Source: Promethearchaeia archaeon
GTDB taxonomy: Archaea; Asgardarchaeota; Lokiarchaeia; Sigyniarchaeales; SOKP01
Reading direction: 5' to 3'
Assembly (NCBI GenBank): GCA_029856155.1
Contig: JAHQWL010000083.1
Coordinates: 38,514 to 102,513 of the forward strand
Length of the DNA: 64,000 nucleotides
Shown in pieces: positions 21,806-31,517 of the stretch. How positions within the stretch are numbered: the stretch's first letter is position 1; every line of letters begins with the position of its first letter. A program made the position numbers and the translations under genes. The notes below the pieces were generated by a model, which ran no database searches, was not told where the DNA came from, and saw only the letters and a program-made list of their open reading frames with translations.

Positions 21806-21911
21806 ACTGTATTATTTTCTATAATCAATTTAAACTACTAAGAAATCTATATAATTACAAAAATATTATATATATCATACATTACAATATTACTCAATTA
21901 GGTAATATTAT

Positions 21912-22349
21912 ATGAGGAATACTGGTTATAGGTTTTTGGATCATACTGCTGATGTTTCAGTCGAAGCTCAAGGCAAAAACTTGGAAGAGGCTTTTGAACA
22001 AACGGCTTATAGTTTAATGGAAACAATTACTCCTAGCTTAAGAACAATATCACCGGAAATTGAAAGAACTATAATAATCGAAGCAGAAGATAAAGAAGCA
22101 TTGTTATTTGATTTTTTAACTGAATTTCTTTATCTATTTGATGTAGAGGAACTTATTTTTGGTAAGATTAAAATTCACCCAATAAAACATACTCAGGAAA
22201 AATTTTATTTAGAAGCAAATTTAAAAGGAGAAAAATTTAATACGAATAAACATGAACCAGGTACTGAAGTTAAAGCTATAACTTATTCCTATATGAAAAT
22301 CGAAGAAAAAAAGAATGGAGTTAAAATAAATATTGTATTTGACATTTAG
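21912..22349 (+). CDS. Archease (RtcB activator)
   Basis: DHTADV, EVKAITY, VFDI. Confidence 0.96.
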   Translation: MRNTGYRFLDHTADVSVEAQGKNLEEAFEQTAYSLMETITPSLRTISPEIERTIIIEAEDKEALLFDFLTEFLYLFDVEELIFGKIKIHPIKHTQEKFYLEANLKGEKFNTNKHEPGTEVKAITYSYMKIEEKKNGVKINIVFDI

Positions 22350-22379
22350 AACACACATAAAATTTTAAAGTTAAATAAT

Positions 22380-23852
22380 TTATCCCTTTACTACACCTAT
22401 TGGTACTAATCTAACTATTTTTTCAACGATTCCCAAATCATGACTAACTTGAACAACTTGATCTATGTCTTTATATGCACCAGGAGCCTCTTCAGCAATT
22501 ACTTTCATCGAAGCAGCTCGCACTAAAATACCTTGTTTATTTAGATTATCTTTAACTCGCTCTCCCCAGTATCTCTTAATAGCTTTAGATCTTGACATAA
22601 TTCTCCCAGAACCATGTGCAGTAGAACCAAATGATAGATCCATGGCTTTCTTTTTACCCACACAGAGATAGGATGCAGAACCCATAGTTCCTGGGATTAA
22701 TACGGGTTGTCCAATAGATTTATAATCTGAAGGTAGATCAGGATGTTGTGGGGGAAAAGCTCTTGTTGCTCCTTTTCTATGAATATTCAATTTCATTTTT
22801 TTACCATCAATTTCATGCTCTTCTATTTTCAAAATATTGTGGCAGACTCCATATATTAAATGGAAATCTAAATCGTCTATATCCTTTTTAAAGGTATTTT
22901 GAAAGGATTCTCTTAACCAGTGTGTAATCAATTGACGATTTGTGAACCCAAAATTAGCTGCACAAGCCATCTGTTTTAAATAATTCTGAGCTTCAGGTTT
23001 ATCTGCTGGAACACATGCTAATTCTCTATCAGGAACTTTTATATTATATTTTTTCATTGCTTGTTCGATACTACGCAAAGAATCTGTACATACTTGATGG
23101 CCAAGAGCTCTACTTCCTGTATGGACCATTACAGTGACTTGATTCTTTTCATGTATTCCCAAAGTTTTCGCGATATTCTTATTATAAATCTCATCAACTT
23201 TTTGTATTTCAAGAAAATGATTTCCACTCCCTAAAGAACCAAGCTGTTTAATTGCTCGTTGTTTTGCTTTTTGGGAAACTAAGCTAGCATCTGCATCCTT
23301 TAAACATCCATTCTCTTCCAAATGTTTATAGTCTTCTGCATCAGCATATCCATTCTCTAATGCCCAATTCACACCGTTTTTTAATACATTATCTAAATCT
23401 GAATAGCTTATGTTTAATTTACCTTTTGATCCTAAACCGGAAGGGATATTTTTGAAGATTGAATCTAATAGATTTGGAAGTAAACCCTTAATGTCTTTAA
23501 AAAATAAATTAGTTCTCAGTAATCTCACACCACAATTAATATCATAGCCAACACCACCGGGAGAAATCATCCCATCTTCCGCATCAGTTCCAGCAACGCC
23601 CCCTATACAAAATCCATAACCTTGATGGGCATCCGAGAGAGCAATGGCATGTTTCTGTATCCCAGGTAAGCATGCAACATTGCAAATTTGATCTAAGGTA
23701 CGATCTAACTTAATTTTTTCTAAAATATAATCATTCGCATAAATTTTAACCGGAACTCTCATCTGAAACTTCTCAATATTACCTTTAATCCTTACCATTA
23801 AAGTCTTTGGAGGAATCTCGAAGATGTTGTCATCAATTTTATTAACATTCAT
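22380..23852 (-). CDS. rtcB: RNA ligase RtcB (tRNA-splicing ligase)
   Basis: DAHQGYGF, GVGYDINCG, GSGNHF, HRKGATRA, HGSGR, EEAPGAYK. Confidence 0.98.
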   Translation of the reverse strand: MNVNKIDDNIFEIPPKTLMVRIKGNIEKFQMRVPVKIYANDYILEKIKLDRTLDQICNVACLPGIQKHAIALSDAHQGYGFCIGGVAGTDAEDGMISPGGVGYDINCGVRLLRTNLFFKDIKGLLPNLLDSIFKNIPSGLGSKGKLNISYSDLDNVLKNGVNWALENGYADAEDYKHLEENGCLKDADASLVSQKAKQRAIKQLGSLGSGNHFLEIQKVDEIYNKNIAKTLGIHEKNQVTVMVHTGSRALGHQVCTDSLRSIEQAMKKYNIKVPDRELACVPADKPEAQNYLKQMACAANFGFTNRQLITHWLRESFQNTFKKDIDDLDFHLIYGVCHNILKIEEHEIDGKKMKLNIHRKGATRAFPPQHPDLPSDYKSIGQPVLIPGTMGSASYLCVGKKKAMDLSFGSTAHGSGRIMSRSKAIKRYWGERVKDNLNKQGILVRAASMKVIAEEAPGAYKDIDQVVQVSHDLGIVEKIVRLVPIGVVKG

Positions 23853-23977
23853 CTTAAGTTTATAAGTAAAACAATTTTCAAAAATATTTTCATTTGATGC
23901 TATAAAATATCAAAAAATAAAGAATTCAATTAAGAGACTAATAGAAAAATTAGATTTCTAAAAAATAGATTTATACT

Positions 23978-24703
23978 TCATTTTATTTCAATAAACGAAA
24001 GTAATCCTAAATCATCTAAACTCCCTATAATACGTTGAATCTCTCCCTCTGGGCGTCCACTCTCCTCAGCTATCTCAGAAATTGTATGAAATCCATCCGC
24101 TAAATGAGCTATTTTATATTCCTTCTTATCTAAAAATCCTTGATTAATAATTTGTTTAGGTAGCCTTTTACAAGTCCACTCCGGCTTCACATCCCTAACT
24201 TCGCGTAAATCTTCCTTGGATAATATTAAACCCTTCTTCGCAATCTGCTTCTGGGATTTTTGAAAATCTTTCTTGAAAATCTTCAAAATTGGAAGTCTCA
24301 ACTGAACCTCGGCGAGTCTACCAATCTTTAAAACGTCATCAATAATTTGGTCAAAATCTCGAAAGATACGGACATCACCAGACCAACTTTCAAGGCGATC
24401 TCCAAATTCAGTAACAAATTTATCAATAATATCAGTTAATGCCTTATGCGTTATCTTAGCATCATCATTTTTATCGGCTGCGGCAGTTATTAACACACCC
24501 TCTTTAAAAACTAACAATAAATAAAAAACTTGCATATCAATTACTTTAAGTTCCCCGCTCCCTTTAGAGAATTCAACAGAAAAATCTTTTAGGGCTGTTA
24601 AAAATCCTGATACTAAATCTTGGTTAAATTCTATACTCCCATACTTCCGATGTATTAAACAAATGCCGGTGTGTTGGTGTATAAGATAAACATTATGTAA
24701 CAA
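23978..24703 (-). CDS. Longin-like domain plus C-terminal wHTH
   Basis: N-terminal VYLI..TGICL...DLVSGFLTAL..F longin pattern; C-terminal DGFHTISEIA...L..LGL. Confidence 0.7.
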   Translation of the reverse strand: MLHNVYLIHQHTGICLIHRKYGSIEFNQDLVSGFLTALKDFSVEFSKGSGELKVIDMQVFYLLLVFKEGVLITAAADKNDDAKITHKALTDIIDKFVTEFGDRLESWSGDVRIFRDFDQIIDDVLKIGRLAEVQLRLPILKIFKKDFQKSQKQIAKKGLILSKEDLREVRDVKPEWTCKRLPKQIINQGFLDKKEYKIAHLADGFHTISEIAEESGRPEGEIQRIIGSLDDLGLLSFIEIK

Positions 24704-24895
24704 TTTTCCATACCTTAGTAAAATATCTTAATTGTATATTTAATAGAATTATACTAATTTAAATTTCTTTATATGTCTTTAGAACTAAATTTTTTTAAAA
24801 TGAAATTGACATTAATTTAAGAATCCTAATCTAACTCATCTATGATTTAAAAGGTATAATATAAAAATTCTAAGAATTCAGAGTTTTTATGGATA

Positions 24896-25039
24896 TTAAC
24901 GATCTAAATCAATATTTTTTAGAGGGTTTAAAGATCCCCCACACATTGGACAGAGTCGGCTGTTTATATCAATTTCTACGCAAAATCTACAATATGGGCA
25001 TTTGATATATACAATATTATGAATAAACATAATATTCAA
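24896..25039 (-). CDS. Small CPxC/CPxCG zinc-finger protein (44-47 aa; not in ORF track)
   Basis: MFIHNIVYIKCPYCRFCVEIDINSRLCPMCGGSLNPLKNIDLDR; ATG at 25030, or TTG at 25039 preceded by AAGGT. Confidence 0.6.
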   Translation of the reverse strand: MNIMFIHNIVYIKCPYCRFCVEIDINSRLCPMCGGSLNPLKNIDLDR

Positions 25040-25364
25040 TCTATAATACCTTATTTAAATTACAATATAAAATGAGATTTTAAAAAAATTTGGTTTTAAA
25101 GTTCTTCATATATTTAAAGAGATTTGTCGATTTTTTTAAGGAGAAAAAAAATTATTAAAAGATTTGATAAACAATTACTCTAAATAATCCTAAATTATTT
25201 TAATTCTTATATTATTCCTAACTTTTACTTTTTTGATAGGCATCTTAAATAATTTCCATTTATTTAATTAGACTAAAAGAACCATATAAGATCAATAAAG
25301 CTTAAAAAAGTTGATATTAAGTATTGCATTAATCAGAATTACAATTATCAAAAAAAGACCTATA

Positions 25365-25682
25365 ATGAATTATTTTATTTTTCTTGTAACAGTTCCAAAT
25401 ATTAAAGAAGGTCAGAAGATAGCAAAAATTTTAGTAGAAAATAAGTTTGCTGCTTGTGTGACTATCATTCAGAATGTTTTTTCTATCTATAGGTGGAAAG
25501 GAAAGATCGAGGATGCTAATGAACAATTATTGCTTATCAAAACGACAGAAAATAAAGCAGATTTAATAATTCAAAAAATAAGTGAAATTCATTCATATGA
25601 GGTACCAGAATGCATTGGAATTAAGTTAGAAAAAGGTTCTGAAAAATATCTTAAATGGATTAATGAAGCTGTTAAAGATTAA
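25365..25682 (+). CDS. cutA: Divalent-cation tolerance protein CutA
   Basis: LVENKFAACV, SIYRWKG, IKT, HSYEVPE; ATG at 25365 preferred as start. Confidence 0.93.
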   Translation: MNYFIFLVTVPNIKEGQKIAKILVENKFAACVTIIQNVFSIYRWKGKIEDANEQLLLIKTTENKADLIIQKISEIHSYEVPECIGIKLEKGSEKYLKWINEAVKD

Positions 25683-25703
25683 AAAATCTCTTTAATTAAA
25701 CTT

Positions 25704-26534
25704 ATGTTAAATGATATTTTTCATATTGATTGGATTTTTGTAGATACTATAATAATAGTATTATTATTTCTTCTATTATTTAGTGTAAAAATATTTAAAA
25801 TAACTCACCGATGGCGGTATTCCTTTTCAAATCAAGCTCTAGATCATTACTATTTTCCCAAAGCTCATGAAAGAGTCAAAAATCAGTTAGTTTTAACAAA
25901 GAAATGGAGTCTCACTAGCAATTCAACTCCAAATGTTAGTAATTATCCCCTTATTCTTATAATTAGAATGAATTATAAAAGAAAGTTTCAGAGAATTTTA
26001 ACAGAAGGTTTATGTAGCTACGGATTTAAAGTTATTAATATCAAAGTAAAAATAAAATTATCTTCAAAGAAGGTTGGAACAGAGAAAGAACTAATAAATG
26101 AGTGGAACTCACTTATTTCAACTGTGAGAGAATATTTTAATGAAGCAGATTTAGTTATAAAAACTAATTATATAGTACTAAATCATTCAAAATCTCATAT
26201 TCCTTATAAAGCGATTTTATCAGATAATAATAACGACGGAATAATATTGGTTAATCCAAACCTAGATAAACAAAATTTAAAGAATTATTTTGATATAATT
26301 GAAGACTTCTCTGCCAACCCTCAAATATATACAATTTTTAGTAGGCAATCTCTATTATTGTTAAAAAATAGAAATTTAAAGAAATATCTGAAAGAATTTT
26401 ATCCTCAAAACACAAATATTTTGAAATTTTCAACTATATACAAAGCCAAATACTCCTTTAAATTTTATGAAACTATTGTACTAAGCATGATAATAGATAT
26501 AATTGAAAATAAATTATTGAATTCGAAAAGTTAA
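25704..26534 (+). CDS. Membrane-anchored hypothetical protein
   Basis: N-terminal TM helix followed by a soluble alpha/beta domain. Confidence 0.65.
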   Translation: MLNDIFHIDWIFVDTIIIVLLFLLLFSVKIFKITHRWRYSFSNQALDHYYFPKAHERVKNQLVLTKKWSLTSNSTPNVSNYPLILIIRMNYKRKFQRILTEGLCSYGFKVINIKVKIKLSSKKVGTEKELINEWNSLISTVREYFNEADLVIKTNYIVLNHSKSHIPYKAILSDNNNDGIILVNPNLDKQNLKNYFDIIEDFSANPQIYTIFSRQSLLLLKNRNLKKYLKEFYPQNTNILKFSTIYKAKYSFKFYETIVLSMIIDIIENKLLNSKS

Positions 26535-26543
26535 TTTTTAATT

Positions 26544-27245
26544 ATGAAAAAAGAGAAAATTCTAAGAAATCATAATGAAATAATTAATTATTCTGAAGAT
26601 GATTGGACTCTCTTAAAAAATAAAAGAAATAATGCACTTAAATTATTAGAAATATTCATAAAAGAAGGGTTCAACCCTTATATTCACGGAAGTATCGCTC
26701 GTGGAGATGTACATAAATCAAGTGATATTGATATTATATTTTTTCAGCAAATCCCCTCATTTCAGATTGAATTAATACTAAATAAAAATGGTTATAAAAA
26801 TTATTTTAGAGAAATCATAATGGCAACACCGCATGATTCAATAAAGCTTTATATCTTTCTAAGTGAATTAGAAACTATAGCTCTTCCATTATCAAAATTG
26901 AATAAAAATATGATGGAATTCTATGATTTTGGAGGGAAACTTAACTACGATCAGTTGAATTCAGAATTAAGAGTAGTTGGTATTGATAAGAGATTAGTAT
27001 TAATCAAACCAAATCCTAACGGACACAAGGAAATTTCAGTGATAGGAAACGAAGCTAATGTCGCTAAAGAAGTTGGAATAAGTATTGATACGGTAAATGA
27101 GCGGAAAAAAGTGCTTTTAAGAAGAGAAAAATTTGGAAGGACTGGAGTATTTCTAAAAAGACAACTTCAGATTAATGAAACTACTGAAGAAGTTTTAAAA
27201 CAATTGGCAGATAAGAAATCAATCATTAGAAAAAAATTATTTTAA
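26544..27245 (+). CDS. Archaeal nucleotidyltransferase-domain protein
   Basis: GSIARGDVHKSSDIDI, EFYDFGG, GIDKRL, GRTGVF. Confidence 0.85.
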   Translation: MKKEKILRNHNEIINYSEDDWTLLKNKRNNALKLLEIFIKEGFNPYIHGSIARGDVHKSSDIDIIFFQQIPSFQIELILNKNGYKNYFREIIMATPHDSIKLYIFLSELETIALPLSKLNKNMMEFYDFGGKLNYDQLNSELRVVGIDKRLVLIKPNPNGHKEISVIGNEANVAKEVGISIDTVNERKKVLLRREKFGRTGVFLKRQLQINETTEEVLKQLADKKSIIRKKLF

Positions 27246-27247
27246 AA

Positions 27248-28399
27248 ATGAAAAAATTAAATTTAGTAAAATCAGATGGAGAAACTTATTATATAAAAGG
27301 AAGGGGTATTCCTAAAGGATGTAAATACTGTCTTAAAGGAAGTAAGTTAGTTCTGTTTTTGAACGGTATCTGCCAGAAACCTTATCATTGTTCTTGGTAT
27401 TGTCCAATTTCAGAAGAAAGGAGAGGAAAAAATCTAACTTATGCTGATGAAATAGAAATAAGTACTAAACAAGAATTACTTCAAGAAATTTGTATGATTA
27501 AGGCCGAAGGAATGAGTATTACAGGAGGAGAACCACTTTCAGAACTAAATTTTGAAAAAACTATTGAATATATTAAATTTGTTAAGGTAGAAAAAGGAAA
27601 AAAGTTTCACATTCATTTATATACAAATGGTGTTGATTTTAATGAAGCTAAAGCGGAGGCTCTCTCGCTAGCAGGATTAGATGAAATTAGATTTCATCCA
27701 GCTAGAGAACATTGGGATCGTGTTGAAAAAGCTCTAAATAAACAGATTTCAGTGGGAGTGGAAATGCCAGTGGTTCCAAATAAAGAAAGTGAAGAAGATC
27801 TTGAGGACCTCATCCTTTATTTAGACAAAATCGGTGCAGATTTCATCAATTTAAATGAATTTGAATTCTGCTTTCCAAACAGCAAAGCTTTAAAGGAACG
27901 GGGCTTTCAATTGAAAAAAGGCTCCATTGCTTCTGTAGTTAATAGCCGTGAAACCGCTTTTCGTTTAATTCGTAAGTTAGGCTCAGAAGTTTCCATAAAA
28001 ATGCATTTTTGTTCAATTAGATCTAAAGATTATTATCAGTTAAAAAATAGATATTTAAGAAGAGCTAAAAATATAAGACTACCTTATGAAGTAATTACAG
28101 AAGAAGGTCTTATAGTTTTTGCTCAATTAGAAGGAGAAAAAAAAAAATTGGATAAGTTATATAATATTTTATTGTCAGATCTAAAAATATCTGAAAAATT
28201 AATATCATATAATCTTAAAAATATTAAAATGCCTTTTTATATCTCAATCAAAAACCAAATAACTGTTTTATTAGAAAAATATCAATTAGAAGCTTTTATT
28301 ATTGAAATGACACCTTTTAGACAATTGAAATATCAACAAATAACTGAAAAAACCCCAATTAAAGTTTTTAAAAAAGAACATGGTTATATTAATAACTAG
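27248..28399 (+). CDS. Radical SAM protein (archaeal family)
   Basis: GC.YC..G.K, C...HCSWYCP, ITGGEP, HLYTNG, DEIRFHP. Confidence 0.88.
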   Translation: MKKLNLVKSDGETYYIKGRGIPKGCKYCLKGSKLVLFLNGICQKPYHCSWYCPISEERRGKNLTYADEIEISTKQELLQEICMIKAEGMSITGGEPLSELNFEKTIEYIKFVKVEKGKKFHIHLYTNGVDFNEAKAEALSLAGLDEIRFHPAREHWDRVEKALNKQISVGVEMPVVPNKESEEDLEDLILYLDKIGADFINLNEFEFCFPNSKALKERGFQLKKGSIASVVNSRETAFRLIRKLGSEVSIKMHFCSIRSKDYYQLKNRYLRRAKNIRLPYEVITEEGLIVFAQLEGEKKKLDKLYNILLSDLKISEKLISYNLKNIKMPFYISIKNQITVLLEKYQLEAFIIEMTPFRQLKYQQITEKTPIKVFKKEHGYINN

Positions 28400-28844
28400 T
28401 AATGTAAATTTAAGAGATTTAAGAAAAATTGTAAATCTTGAACAAGAGGTTTTTAAAAAAAATGCATTTCCAAAGCCTCTATTGAAAAAATTAATAGAGA
28501 ACCACACGTTTTTTTTAAAATTAGAAATTGGTAAAATAAAAAGAAAATTAATTGGTTTTATAATAGTTATAAATGAAACAAAAGAAAGAACTAATATTAT
28601 TAATTATCTTATTAAACCCAATTTCCAAAATAGTGGATATGGTTCATATCTTCTACGGCATACCATAAATAAAATAAAAAAATTGAAGACTATCAAAAAA
28701 ATAGTATTAAATGTACAAATCAGTAATTCAATCGCGATTAAAATATATGAGAAATTCAAATTTAAAAGAAATCCATTAATTATAGAAAACTATTATCACT
28801 CTGGGGAAAGTGCGTATTTAATGGAACTCGATATTGATTCTTGA
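28380..28844 (+). CDS. RimI/Ard1-like GNAT N-acetyltransferase
   Basis: FQNSGYG acetyl-CoA motif, N..AI..YEK, NYY..GESAYLM. Confidence 0.85.
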   Translation: MVILITSNVNLRDLRKIVNLEQEVFKKNAFPKPLLKKLIENHTFFLKLEIGKIKRKLIGFIIVINETKERTNIINYLIKPNFQNSGYGSYLLRHTINKIKKLKTIKKIVLNVQISNSIAIKIYEKFKFKRNPLIIENYYHSGESAYLMELDIDS

Positions 28845-28938
28845 TAAACTAAAACTTATAAATAAATTCTATTATAATATCTGTAAATATCAATTTAATT
28901 ATTTTAGATCAATTTAAAATATAAGGTGTTAGTTAAAA

Positions 28939-29091
28939 GTGGCTCCAGTAGATAAAGAACTTCAAGAAGAAATTAAAAAAGGCGTTTCTTTGCAAAAAGT
29001 TGATGAAGAAGAGATGAAAAGAAGAGAAGAAGAGAAAAGAAAACGCATGGAAGAATTAGAAAAAGTCAAAGAAGCCTTGGGAGAGAATTAA
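28939..29091 (+). CDS. 50-aa WH2-like microprotein (not in ORF track)
   Basis: GTG start with AAGGTG upstream; MAPVDKELQEEIKKGVSLQKVDEEEMKRREEEKRKRMEELEKVKEALGEN; T-rich tract downstream. Confidence 0.7.
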   Translation: MAPVDKELQEEIKKGVSLQKVDEEEMKRREEEKRKRMEELEKVKEALGEN

Positions 29092-29245
29092 TTAGTTTTA
29101 GATATTTATTACTGCTAAATTTTATTATTTTTTATTTATTTTATTTTTGTTCAATTTTTTATTCTTTCTAAATTAAATTAAGCTTTTCTGTAAGAATAAA
29201 TTAAATTATTATAATAATAAACGCTTGTGGAGCCAGTTTTAGGAT

Positions 29246-30319
29246 TTGAAAATTCTGGATATTAATCAAAAACAAGGAGAGATCGCTGTTAAAATTGAAA
29301 ATCTCTATGACTTATGGACTCTTTATAACATTATTAATAAAGATGATGAGGTCTCTACTCTTACTCACAGAAGAGTCGTTCTTAAAGAAGGAACTAAAGG
29401 TGAACGTAAATTAATGAGATTAAAATTGAAAGTTGAAGATGTTTCCTTTCATGAATTTTCAAATCGGTTAAGAATAAAAGGCAAAATCTTAGAAGGTCCC
29501 GAAGATTTTGTTAGTTTTGGAACCTATCATACTTTTAATATAAAAGTATCTCAAAAGGTGACAATAATCAAAGAAAACTGGTTAAAACATGAAGTAGCCC
29601 GATTGAAAGAAACGTCCAAGTTCGAAACCAATTTTATTATTTTAATTACTGCAATTGAAACTGGTTTAGCAAATTTAGCATTGATTACAAATTTTAGCTA
29701 TAACAGAATTGCTACTATTAAAAAAAATATTCCTGGTAAAAGATATGAACAAACTTATCGAAATAAAGCTTTAGAGGAATTTTTTAGCGACATACTAAAA
29801 GTATTACTTGAAAATATTAAAAATACAAACATAGACTTACTCATTTTTTGTGGACCTGGGAATACTAAAGAACTTATTCTTAAATTCCTTCAAAAAAATC
29901 CTAATTTTAACTTTAAGGGTAATATTGAAATGTCTCATGCAAGTTCTGGTACTGAAAGTGCAATTAGAGAAACCTTAAAATCAAAAAAGTTAGCAAAACT
30001 TAAACATAAAATTAAAGTACTTCAAGAAGCTGAAATGATCGAAAATATAATGGCTCAATTTGCTAATGATGCTGATCTTATTGTTATTGGTCTTGACGAG
30101 GTGTCTAAAGCTTCTGAAAGGGGCGCGATCAAACAACTGTTAATAGCAGATCTGTTAATTAGAGGCTCTTCTAAAAAACACAAGTTAAAAATAGAAGAAA
30201 TTATTTCCAGTGTTGAAAATTCTGGTGGAGAAATAAATATTATGAGTACAGAGAATATCACAGGAGAACAATTGGTAAATTTAGGTTCAATAATAGGAAT
30301 TTTACGATATAAACTTTAA
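29246..30319 (+). CDS. pelA: Pelota (aDom34) ribosome-rescue factor
   Basis: DLWTLYNII, FHEFSNRLRIKG, G.YHT, IPGK, GILRY. Confidence 0.95.
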   Translation: MKILDINQKQGEIAVKIENLYDLWTLYNIINKDDEVSTLTHRRVVLKEGTKGERKLMRLKLKVEDVSFHEFSNRLRIKGKILEGPEDFVSFGTYHTFNIKVSQKVTIIKENWLKHEVARLKETSKFETNFIILITAIETGLANLALITNFSYNRIATIKKNIPGKRYEQTYRNKALEEFFSDILKVLLENIKNTNIDLLIFCGPGNTKELILKFLQKNPNFNFKGNIEMSHASSGTESAIRETLKSKKLAKLKHKIKVLQEAEMIENIMAQFANDADLIVIGLDEVSKASERGAIKQLLIADLLIRGSSKKHKLKIEEIISSVENSGGEINIMSTENITGEQLVNLGSIIGILRYKL

Positions 30320-30324
30320 GAGAT

Positions 30325-31359
30325 ATGGCTCCTGAAATTATTTATGTGGATGAAAAATCAGAGATTCCCTTATTTGGTGTTGATTTTTTTGGTATAATTG
30401 ATAGAGGTACTAATGTTATTGAGGTAAAACCTCTAACCTTATGTAACTTGAAATGCAAATATTGTTTTGTTAGCGCTGGAGATTATGAAACTAATTTTAT
30501 TGTCGATCCTAACTACTTGCTTGCAAAAATTGAGGAAGTAGTTGAAATTAAAGGACGATATAGGATTGAAATCCATTTTGCACCTTATGGAGAAATCTTA
30601 CTTTATCCAAAATTATTATATTTAATAAATGAACTTTGGAAAATAAAAGGAATTGAAATAATATCAATGCAGACAAATGGGTTGTTACTTAACTCAGAAT
30701 TAATTAACCAATTAGAAAAAGTTAACATATCAAGAATAAATATTAGTTTAAATTCCTTAAACAGAGAAAAAGCTAATTTTTTTTGTGGTTGTAAGAATTA
30801 TAATATTGATGATCTCACAAACAGCATTTTGCATTTATTAGATACAAAAATTGACGTGTTAATTGCCCCTGTATGGTTCCCTGGAGAGAATGATAACGAT
30901 ATTGAAGATATAATAAGATATGTCATAGATTTAAGTAAAATGGGATATTCTAAAAGAAAAATTCAGATTGGTATTCAAAAATATTTGATATATAAAACCG
31001 GTAGAAAATTAAAAAAAATCAGACCAAAAAGTTGGGATTATTTCTATAAACAATTATCTAAACTTGAAAAAAAATATAACATTAAATTAAAATTGGGACC
31101 GCAAGATTTTGGAATTCACAAAAGAATAACTGTAGCATCCTTGAATATAAAAAAAAATGATTTAATCAGATTAGAAATTATATCTAAGGGGCGTTGGAAA
31201 AGGGAATATATTGGTAAAATTGATAATGATTATGGTATAAAAGTACTCTTAAATAGACCAATCATTCATTCTGAAAAATTTATTCGAAAAGAAATAATAG
31301 CTAAAATTATTAAGGCAAATTATAAGGATAATATTTTAACTGCATCCTTTTCAATATAA
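30325..31359 (+). CDS. Radical SAM protein (archaeal family, C-terminal TRAM-like domain)
   Basis: FGIIDRGTNVIEV, CNLKCKYC, SMQTNG, APVWFPGEND. Confidence 0.88.
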   Translation: MAPEIIYVDEKSEIPLFGVDFFGIIDRGTNVIEVKPLTLCNLKCKYCFVSAGDYETNFIVDPNYLLAKIEEVVEIKGRYRIEIHFAPYGEILLYPKLLYLINELWKIKGIEIISMQTNGLLLNSELINQLEKVNISRINISLNSLNREKANFFCGCKNYNIDDLTNSILHLLDTKIDVLIAPVWFPGENDNDIEDIIRYVIDLSKMGYSKRKIQIGIQKYLIYKTGRKLKKIRPKSWDYFYKQLSKLEKKYNIKLKLGPQDFGIHKRITVASLNIKKNDLIRLEIISKGRWKREYIGKIDNDYGIKVLLNRPIIHSEKFIRKEIIAKIIKANYKDNILTASFSI

Positions 31360-31517
31360 ACTTAAATACAAAAAAAATTATATTGATTCCTTCTCCTCAT
31401 ACTTTTCTCTTGAGAAAAATTCGGCGGACACTTCATCAATTTAAATCAATTTGAAATTTTTCTTTATAAAGATCTGAAAGATCATCGCTTCAAACCAATA
31501 ACAATTCTATCCTAAAA

